Source of the DNA: Paraspadella gotoi
Lineage: Eukaryota; Animalia; Chaetognatha
DNA length: 64,000 nt
Assembly: GCA_051294375.1 (NCBI GenBank)
Contig: CM119268.1
Span: 23,631,938 to 23,695,937, forward strand
Direction: 5' to 3'
Below the pieces are notes generated by a model, which was not told where the DNA came from, did no database searches, and saw only the letters and a program-made list of their open reading frames with translations. The translations under genes and the position numbers were made by a program. Below, piece after piece: positions 1-10,900 of the stretch; position 1 is the first letter of the stretch, and the number at the start of each line of letters is the position of its first letter.

Positions 1-162
1 TCTATCTTTTGAAATAATTTTAAAAAAGTATGGTTTTAATTAATATCCAATTTTATTAGTAGTAGCTTTCACTTACTTTAGAATTGTTAGTATACTACAT
101 ATAGTCAATTTTTCATTTGGAATGTTTTTCATTGATACTTAATATACTTAATATACTAAAAG

Positions 163-1233
163 TAGGGTAGTCTGGTGATTTTTTATTAAGAAAATTTTTT
201 TTCACGTGGTGTCATGTAGCAGACATCGTTAGCTTTCATATGATACCTCACATGATGCATTAAAATTATTTTATGATAGCATTATGACATAAAAAAAATT
301 GTGATATTTTTTTTCTGCCAGGCCTCGTAGACACAGCTAAAACTTAAAATTTAAAAATCTGATAATACAGTCTTTTAGCCCTATGTCAGTAGTTTTTAAA
401 TCAGGGGGAACAAAGTTTAAACTCCTAAATTATTATATTTAAATCATATGTTTTTTAAGGTTCCTACATGAATTTTTTAAATTTTTTTGTTTTCAACAAA
501 ATGATAATCATTATCCTTAGTAATTATATAAACATTTGAGGTATAGAAAAATTTTTTTTATATCAGAAACATAATTTAATCTTTTCTCTTTCAGAATCTA
601 TATTTATTTATTTTTTTAAATGTGGTCAAGTGTGTTTAATTTAATTTCAAAAGTTGTTATACTTTTGACTAAGATTCCGATCAAGATTTTAAAAATATCC
701 TTTGAAACATTTTAAAACAATTATATGGAAAAGATGCCCCATAATTATGGCTTTAATTTGATACCAGTCTCATCGTTCTATCATTTTTGGTTCAAAAGAT
801 ATCAAAGAAAATCAATTTTTTTATTATCAATTGACTCGGCCAAAGCTAAAAATTTAGGTAGAACCAAACCAAACAACTTGCTTTCAAGGCATATCGCGTC
901 TATGCGCGTATACGTAGGTCAATTTTAAAAACAGATTTAGAATCCTCAAACGCATATTTACTAGTAACCTGACGACATCAAGTGATGGAAGTTCCGTTCT
1001 CTTATTATATCAAAAAGAAAAATTAATTCTAATATATTTAGTTAATATCTATCGATTTCAATGAAAAAAAAGGCACTAGATATATATCATGTGATTGAAC
1101 AATGTTTTGCACTAATAATTTTATAAATTTTATGTATTTTGTAAGTATTTTAATTATTTTTTTTCAGTGAGTAAAATAACAACTTTTTTATTCGCTAATT
1201 TTTATCTCGGACGCTTAACGCCAGACTTCCCTA
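163..1233. mobile_element. Non-autonomous TIR DNA transposon (TAG...CTA), 7-bp TSD
   Basis: 5' end tagggtagtctggtg and 3' end cgccagacttcccta (15-bp TIR, 2 mismatches), flanked by ctaaaag at 156-162 and 1234-1240. Confidence 0.8.
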
Positions 1234-1335
1234 CTAAAAGATGAAAACTTTGACATTTACCACTTGTAATTTCAGTACAATCAGTTCCCAATACATTGCC
1301 AAATATCCGAATACTAAATCTACTACAAAAATATC

Positions 1336-1666
1336 GGCCTGATTTTCCCAGAACGCCCCATTTCGTCTTAAACTCGGAATTAATTGGAATTAATCTTTAT
1401 GTTTAAAGATTAGGTTAAACGTTTGGGTTAAGGATTAAATTAACGATAAAGGTGTGGGATTAGGTTAGTAACTACAGTTAGAAATAAGTTTTAGGGATTA
1501 AGATTTAGGGTTAGGGGTTCAGGTTAATGATTAAGGATTAAGATTTAGGCTTTTGACTTAAAAATTAGGGTTGTGAGTTTGGTAATAAATTAATATTAAA
1601 ATTTAATGTTATATTGAAGTTACATAATTAAGTAACTGAAATGAAGCATTTTCGGCAAAGAGAGCC
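1336..1666. mobile_element. TIR-bounded element with an internal degenerate TTAGGG-like array
   Basis: ggcctgattttcccagaacgccccatttc ... gaaatgaagcattttcggcaaagagagcc with an internal ttaggg/ttagga tract. Related copies at ~1990-2190, 3165-4100 (interrupted), 5282-5577, 7152-7695, and ~55.1-55.8 and ~61.5-62.1 kb. Confidence 0.55.
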
Positions 1667-1697
1667 AATAAAGTCTACGCGATCCCACGCGCCATCT

Positions 1698-4600
1698 TCA
1701 GCCATGAAGCGGCTTTTTGTCATCAGCGACGTAACGACGACGACGACAACAAACAATGAAGCCTAAGACGATGATCGTGAGAAAGAGAAGAATGGTGACA
1801 ACTGCGAGTCCAATGATGAGCATCTCGGGGTCGTGAGATTTGAAAAAGGAAGTGACCTTGTTGTCATTGTTATCATTGATTTTACTTTTGTCTTTCTTGC
1901 ATTTCCGACCTTAAAAAAAAAGTTTTTTTGGGATTAACTGTTTAGTATTTCTATAAAAAATATCTCATTTTTGTGGTTAAATCCCATAAAATTATTATAC
2001 CCATAACATCTCTGACTCTGGTCCCTAAACATATAACCCAATCCTATTCTTCAATCCTAATCTTCACCCCTAATCTCTTTTCCCTAAACCTATCACCTAA
2101 CTCTAATCCTAATCTTCAATCCTAATCTTCACACCTAATCTCTTTTCCCTAAACCTATCACCTATCCTTATTCCTTAATCTTATTGTAAAACATCATATT
2201 TAAATTAAATATGACAGGTTGTCTTTCGTGAACTCATCAACACATTAATATTTACCTGGTTTATCGATCGGCCCATTGTCCTTATAACCCTGAAGACATT
2301 CACAAGTAAATGACAGATTCTCTTCAATGCAGATGGCATTGGCGCCGCAGTCATTGCGATCTCGCAAGGAGCAATGGGGATAAGCTGAAATATCATAAAT
2401 TAAGCAATGTTGATAAGCTGAAACATAAATTAGACAATAAATGAGAGCAAAAAAGAAAAGATATAACAGAACAAATTTAGCTAAATAGAAAAAATTAAAA
2501 AAAGAAAAACTTAACTATATTATATAACATTTCATGAAGACAAATGCAAAAAGAGTCAACAAAATCAAAATTTATGTTTTGTCAATTTTACCGAAAATCC
2601 AAACTTCATCAACATTGAAGGAAAGAGGATTTGTAGATCGAAGTGAATCGACGACCAAAGATTTTACTCCCTCTTTGTTCACATTATGGTTGTTATCCGT
2701 CTCAACGACATCCACACTGTATTGACATTAATATTTACTTAATATAATTATAGTAATAAAGGTTTAAACATAAAGACAGTTGGACCAAAAAAATAATTAA
2801 CGTCTTTAAAGAATTATTAGCTTAATGAAATTTAAAAAATTTAAAAGATTAGGCCCTTTTGTGCTATTTATTAAAGTAAAATTAATGAATGCTTAACACT
2901 TTGTTTAATTTAAATCATAGTTATGATATAATTACAGGAAATACAGAGATGGAACCGGATCAAAAAATAAAAATAATAAATAATACCTGTAACTGACTTT
3001 TACTTCACTGTTGCTTCCACGTTCAAACTTCAAAATGTCTACCGATAGTGCGGCATTGAAGATGTCAGAATATATTTTTGTGATCTGACAACATTATAAG
3101 TGAAGAAGTAAAAATTAAATATGTATTAAATAATGACAACAAGTTTGGCCAAACCAATTTAAAAGGCCTTGTTTTCTAAGAATGCCCCATTTTATCTTAA
3201 ATTAGAAATTAGTAGATTATTTTTTTAAATTTAATGATTAAGGTTATGAATTTGGATTAATGATTAGTATTAAGGGTTAAATGTTGGGGTTAACAAGTTT
3301 TAGCAAACAATTTCGGATCTGCCCACGATCATTATCGGTAATTAATTAATTAATTAATTCAAGCTAATTAATTATTTAATTAATATTTAATTTATTCAAG
3401 TTAATTATTTAATTAAATAGACAATTTGATCCAAAATGTTTGTTTGATTGATTAATTGACTGATTAATTAATTATTTATTAATTGACTACTTGATTAATT
3501 AACTGATTAATTATTTGATTAATTAATACATCTTGCATTAACATTTAAAATAAAAAGAAAAAGAAGCATAATCACAATAATTCATTCAAACTCATTTTCA
3601 CTCAAACGATTCCATCGAAACTTGGTTTCCAGTTTAATCACACACTTTTCTACCCAAATACAAAATTTAAAGTCAATTGCCCTATCTACTCATGAGTAAT
3701 CGGAAGATTCCATCGAAACTTCATATCCAACTCAATCACACACTTCATAACCCACACACAAAATTTCATTCCAATCCATCCATCCAATCACGAGTAATTG
3801 ATATTTTTTGCTAAGGTGGGACGGACGGACGGACGGACATCGTTTTTTTTGCATAATTTATCATAATTCGATGTTCTGACATGATATAAGTGAATGCCCG
3901 ACAAGATTGAGGGAGCAGACCGATGGACCGACAAAGTGAATTATAGAGTCAGGATCTGCTGAAAGCAGATCCGACTAAAAATCAGAGACAAGAGTTTAGA
4001 ACTATGGTTCAAGATTAGGTTAGGGTTAGGGATTAGGGTTAGGGATTAGTTCAAAAGTTTAAGAACATATTTTGATGATATATAAGATTAAAATTAGACA
4101 TCATGAATTTCCTTTCATTTCATTGTGGTTGAGTATTGGGAGAAGTTTTTAATGTTTTTTACAACTTTATTGGTAGCAAAAAGTACATGTTTCGGCTTGC
4201 ATACAATTGATAACGCTGAAGAAGATTTGCATGCAAGCCGAAACATGTACATTTTGCTACTAATAAAGTCGTTGTAGAAAACAATAAAAACTGTCGCCCA
4301 AGATTAAAATTAAATTATGGGATAAACAAACAGAAATAGAGGACTTGTGGAAAAGAGATCCGTTTTGTATTTTAAGTTTCTTACTTCAGCTTGGCAAAGA
4401 TGTGTCGTTGTTTTAAATTCAACTGACTCCTTCAGAAGGAGTTGAGGTGAGAAAGAAATCTTTGAAGAGAAAAAGGTTCCACTGAAGGATTTCTTCTTGT
4501 GACAGAATCCGTCCGACGCCATCTCACCCTTAGGACATTTGCATAGGAAAGAGCCAATTGTGTTGATGCATTCAAAGCTCGTGGAACATGGATTCTGCAG

Positions 4601-7600
4601 ACACTCATTCACATCTGTTTAAAAAATCAATTCATCTTTGTTTGAATTAAGTTGTCTTTTTTTGTTTGCCCCGCAAGTACTCACGAAGCATCTTCATAAG
4701 TCATTTTCTGGTCAGTCGGTCGGTTTTTAAATCTGTCTCATATATGTTTTAAATGTTCATGACTCAATTAATATTGTATCAATTAGGTTCATATTTGGTA
4801 AGAAGGTATGGTACAATAAGATTTTAAATTTGCGTGTATTGGACTTGTGCAGCCATATGAAATTCGATATGGAAAATTTATAAAATAATAAATTATCTTA
4901 GTTAATATTTAGCAGATTGGTAAGTTTTAATAAATACTTTTTATGCCTATATACCATACTTGATATGTAGTTACATGACCATTAAAAATCCAGTCCTAAG
5001 ATTATTAAATTAAATCAGCTTTTTTATACAACATTTAGTTGTTTTAGTTAAAATATTGCCAAAAAGTGACCCACCAGAGGATTTATGTTAAAATATATTT
5101 CAAAGTTACGTGGTCATTTAGATACCAAAAATAAAAGTATTATTGCGCAGCAACACATTAGAATTACCTTTTTTTTTTTACGTATCTTGTTAAATATTTG
5201 TCAAATGACAATTTTTTTCAAAACGTCTCCATAATGCTATCAATATTTTTAATGACATTATCATACCCATTAGTCACTCTTGGCTCTCTTTTTCAGAGGG
5301 CCCCATTTCTCTTCAATTATTCAAAATTTTAATTATAATCATAGGATTAAAGTTAAATTTTAGCACAATCTCTAATTCTAATCTTTAATATTTAAAACCG
5401 GGTTCTAACCTATTCTTGAACTCTAATCCTAAACCCTTTTCCCCAATTTACCCCTAGGACCTTAAGCCTAACTCTAACCTTATTTACTGATCTAATCCTT
5501 ACTCCCAAACCTTTAACCTATTCTTTACCTTAATTAAAAATTAAAATTGAAATGGGGCGATCTGAAAAAACAAGGCCTCATATTTTTGCTTACCCTCGCA
5601 AGAAGGTGGAATTTGTGGGACCCAAGCCGTGGCCGTGCTGAAGTAGATGATGCCCTCAGCCTTTTGTACCATCTCGCGACAACGTTGAGTGGCGGCGCCT
5701 TTGTTGATGAATCCTTCGTCACACTTGAATGTTGCTTGTGATCCGATATTCACGTCATTGGTAAAACTCGTTTTGCCATTGGACAATGAGGGACGAGATT
5801 CGCATTTGTCTCGACCAATCACAACAAAGTCCATTGAGGCTTTACGAGTTTGCTCGTCGGTCACTGATCTGAGTAGTAATATATATATATATATATATAA
5901 GTTATAATAATGATAATTTATTAGCTGATTAACTGATCTTATGCTTGATTTTATTAGTTTTTTGAATGAGTAGATTAATTGGTTGTTTTTTTTTCTTTAA
6001 AAAAATATTATTTTAAATTTATTTATTTACTTGTTTTATCAATACTTTCATGTATCAATTTCTCAATAAAATAATTTATTTTCAATTGATTTATCGATTG
6101 ATTAATAAATGGATTTAATTTTTGTATTCGTTTTTTTCTCATTTTTTGTGAACAACTTCCTCATAAAAAGGGAATAACTAATATATAAAATTATCAATTC
6201 ATTCAATAAATTTATAAAAATTCGAACAGATCATATTTTTTTAAAATTGACAGCCACATTATTTTTCTCTTTCTTTACCTCTTTCGACGGTGAAGAGCAT
6301 TCCCGCCATCAGGTCGACTTCTGCTGCCAGAATCACCAATCCACGTGCAAGGGGCGTGGCCGAAGTCCGTGTCCAGACGTTTCTCATTGCAAATATCCAC
6401 GTCACATTCCATCGTCATTCTTCCTTTACGCTTGGTTCTTGCTTTGTCCGACCATTCAAATGCTTGGAAGGTGAAGCAAGCACTCTTGTAATCTTGATTG
6501 TCACGTTCGACGGCGTGAGATTCCCAGTTTTCCATCCTGAGAGAAAAAAAAATTATTAACATAATCTAAGATGCAAATATTATTACTAAATCACTAACTA
6601 CTTATTAAAACTATAAAAAAACAACGACCAAACCAGCCCGATCGCGAGTCTCGTGTCTCGTCAGCCACGCATTCATCCTCCCAGTGATTTACTTAACCCC
6701 TTAAATTGTAGCAATTGTTTTTTAAAATTTTTATTATTTGAAATATTTAAAATTGTTTTTTGATATTCTTAAATAATTTTTTTCCTTCCATTTTGTTTTA
6801 TTCTATTTCTCATTTTGTGTATTGATCAAAGCATTTTAATCGTATTTAGTATATCAAAACAAAAATAATATTATTTTGATTTATAAAATATTTTTGCAAA
6901 TACTAATTTGTTATTATTGCCGCAGTAACAGTTCAGTTTAAGCCCTTGAAAGTGATTCACATGTATTGGCGCAGCCACTGGTTTAGTTTTGTATCTGAAT
7001 TCAGCTTACGTGAAAGGAGGTATGAATTTGTTATGACGAATCATACTAGCCATATCCCGAGCATCAGATAACATCTGGGTAAAAGAAAATATTAAACGAA
7101 AGATTATGTTTACATTGATATTAATTGTATGAGGTAAATATAATAACAAAACTCGACCTTATTTTCCCCAACGGTTTTTTTCATATTTAATTCAGAATTA
7201 GATTAATTTTTTTAAGTTAAAGATTAGGTTAAAGGTTAGGGTTAGGATTTAGGTTAGGAATTAAGTTAGTTTCTCTTTATGGTTAGGGATTTGGGTTAGA
7301 GTCTGGGGTTTAGGATTAATGGTTAGGATTAGAAATTAAAAATAAGGGTTTAGGATTAGGGTTTAGGATTAAGTAGAAGTCAGAAGTTTAAAAATATATA
7401 TAGATTAAAGTTAAAAGTTAAAAATAAATTATGGGATATTCAAAAATAATTGGGTACTTTCAGAAAAGAGAGCCAAAAATAAATGGAGCACTTTCAGAAA
7501 AAAAAGCAGAAAAAAAGGGCACTTTTGGAAAAGAATGGGGAACTATCAGAAAAGAGAGCCAAAAAAAAAGAAATATGCACTTTTGGAAAAAGGAGCCAAA

Positions 7601-7877
7601 AAAGAAATGGGGCGTTCTCGGAAAAGAAAGCCGAAAAACGCCATGGCATACTCTCGGGAAAAAAAGGGCACTCTCGGAAAAGATAACCCAAAACTGACCC
7701 TGCACTCTCTGAATCCGCCAAAGAAACCGACTGGCAGACCGGCGACGCAAAATCTCATCCAATCTCCGCATTTGACGATTTCACTGTCATCTCCTAGTCC
7801 GTTATCTGTCATGAGTATTGGTCTCCAGCGTCCACCGATTTTCACCTGCATTCTGATGTTCAAGTCAGAGAAAGAGA

Positions 7878-7910
<33 letters not shown>

Positions 7911-10900
7911 CATTTTACTGATTATTCTGAGTTTCACACTACCAAAAGCGTCAGTTTAGTTACATGTAGCTATTCTCGAAACAAATGAAAGTTTACCTTA
8001 AAAATGTTACTGTACATAAACAATGAAAGTATTTTTTTTACTCACGATAATTTCAATTTTAGTTGCAGGTTTTTATTTTCTGTTCTATCGTTGATGAGAA
8101 AAGATGCTGAAAGGTGAGACATTCCACGGTAATGACATCTGAATAGATTATGAAAAAAATTCAATAATAAAGGTTATTAATTAATTAATATTAATTAAAA
8201 TGACAGATATAACAATAAACTTATTCCCAATAAAAAAATGCGAATTACAGAAAAAAAACCTTTATTACATTCAATTAATTCAGATAAATAATGATAAATT
8301 AGAAAAAAATTGTATTCATTTATGATTAAATTTTTTTTTCTAAAGAGTTAAGATTATAATAAAACAAATTTCTTATTAAAGTGAAAAAACATTTTTACAT
8401 ATCAAAGTTTCCAAAATGTTAGTCTAATAAATTCAAATTACACAAAATAACATATTTTTGTAATATAAAGTTTAATTTTTTTTGTAAAATACGCATTTAA
8501 CAAAAAACGTAAATCTTCTGCCTTGGTATAAATACAAAAAGTATTAAAAAGTTTAATTATGTAAAATCCTTTCTATCGTTGTGTTATATATTGAGAAAAA
8601 GTTTGAAATAATTCAACAACGATTTATTTTGAGAGTTTGAATCAGAGATGCAGACGCGATCCGGGAAGCGAACTAGAAACGCGCGGAGGCGCATGTTTTC
8701 TGAGGTGGTGAACTCGGACTACAGACAAAAATTGGGGAGAAGGGAGGCGAATGCGGAGGCGCAAAAAACGTTGCGCGTTCGCCTCTTGACCTTTTTTTCA
8801 TAGGCGAAAATCAAAAGGTTTTTCCCAAATTATAACCTTTCTGTTGTTAGCCATAGCCGATGAAATTTAAATGCTAATGTATACAGCATTAAAATATCTA
8901 TCATGACCATAGATTATGGTATTAAAATATTTTTTTCAAAAATGCTTTCTTCTGAGGGTACTAGCCTAATTAAAAATATTATATTACTATATAGAGCAAA
9001 AAATATTTTTTTTGAATCTTAAAATTTTTTATGGATTCTGATAGAGCATAAAAAGTTAAACAAGAAATATAATTACAGCTTTTAAAAATTCTTACGTTTT
9101 CTAGTGAAAATATAAAAAAACTGATAAAATCATCGAAAGATGATGATGATGATGATTTTTTACGGTTTTTCTTATTTTTGACACACTTATTGTAAAAATA
9201 TTTAAAAAGAATTATACTTTGTGTAGACAACTTTTTATGAGCTATCTATAATTTAAAAATTCTAAAAAAATGTTTTGGCCTTTCTATCTATAAATAAATA
9301 TTAAAAAAATAATTACTAGGGTATAGAGCCATATTAGAAATTTTTTGTCCATTGAAAGTATTCTTAAAAATGTCTAAATATTCGTTTGAGCATGTACTCA
9401 CTCTAAATTTTTGACTCACCCCATTGAGAGCGGCTACCCCTACTGTTGTTCCAAAAATTGGTTTTTTTTTCAAATTTAGATATTTCTAAATTCTGAAGCG
9501 TTTATCAACTGCCATTGGATTTTTATTTACATATTTATAATTCAAAATAAAAATATTTCAAGTTCTGTTATGTTTATTTTATCTAATAAGTTGTTGTACA
9601 TAAGCATATAATTTTATATCTTTTTCTTTTCATTCATTATTTAACTCAATTTATTCCTTTTTTCATTTTATATTTCATTTTAGTTTCGACTTTAATTCAA
9701 GTCTTCATCAGCAGTCGAAGACTTAAATTAAAGTTGAAACATGTTCACTCTCTCAAAATAAATCGTTGTTGAATCATTTCAAACTTTTTCTCAAAAAAGT
9801 TTAAGCATCTTTATGTAGTGAGAAATGAGAAGTATTCTTTTTTATGTCATGAAATATTATTGACAAATAAACTCACACGAGATCAAACTCTTTTTCTCTT
9901 TTTTCTTTTATTTCGATTGTAGTTGAATTCATAGTTGGATAAATTGTCGCTACAGTCGAATACATTGGTTTCGTTTGAACAACAAATATTTCTCTGTCGC
10001 TGATATTTGCTGCAATTTTATTTTCCTCTTCAAGAGTAAGATTTACCGCGATATATCTATTCAATGGAGGAACGAAGATATTTAAAGCTGTTACTCCTTT
10101 AAATTCGGTCGAAATTCTTTTGAGGATGGATACAAATTTAATATCGATTACGGTTTCGTTCAAACCGAGAAATAATTTGTCTGTGATCTTTTGCATAATG
10201 GTCGCGTTAACAGCACCCGTAAAAAGTCGATTAACAATCTCAGATGCTTCTTTCAACGCTTTCCTTAGATCAATTTCAAACTTTGACCCTTTCACTGATT
10301 CCTCCATTTCTTCTTTTTCTTCTTTTTCTTCTTTTTTTTCAGGGTCAGGCAGTGAGTCGTTAAAGCATTTTTCACTGTACGTGACATAGAGGGTCGCCGA
10401 AAATTTAAAGTCATGAGTAAGGCTTCGTCCTCGAGGGTAATAGTTAGGCTCAGCTTTCTAAAGAAAAAAAAGAAAGTTAATTGAATTGTTTAACAAGTTT
10501 GAGCTATGCCAGATTTGCCCACAATCATTAGCGGTAAGCAGATGATAATTAATTAATTAATTAATTAATTAATTTGCATTTATATTATTTCATTATTAGG
10601 TAATTAATTAGTTAATGCAGATTGCATTTACATTTGATATAGATAAGCATATTCAAAAATTAAAATAGGTTTTTGTTTTTTATATTGAAACTCATTTTTA
10701 CTTGCACGATTCCATCGAAATTTTATATTCAGCTCAAGCACACACTTCCCTGCCGACACACAACATTTCATTCCAATCTATCCATCTAAATATGAGTAAT
10801 TGAAGTTTAATGCTAATGGGGAAGGACGGACAGATAGACAGACAAACAAACAGACAGATGGACAAAGGAAAAGAAATACGGACATCAATTATTTTGTTTA

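Noticed and set aside
4010-4050. TTAGGG runs as a true telomere or telomere-addition site
   Set aside because: They are short, degenerate, internal and consistently embedded in a dispersed element.
7431-7921. Overlapping K-rich and F-rich ORFs on both strands
   Set aside because: Only 7699-7852 is a real exon; the rest is a low-complexity repeat terminus.
8644-8830. CpG-rich patch starting cagagatgc as a separate hAT MITE or RNA gene
   Set aside because: No convincing matching terminal repeat, TSD or tRNA-like fold was found.
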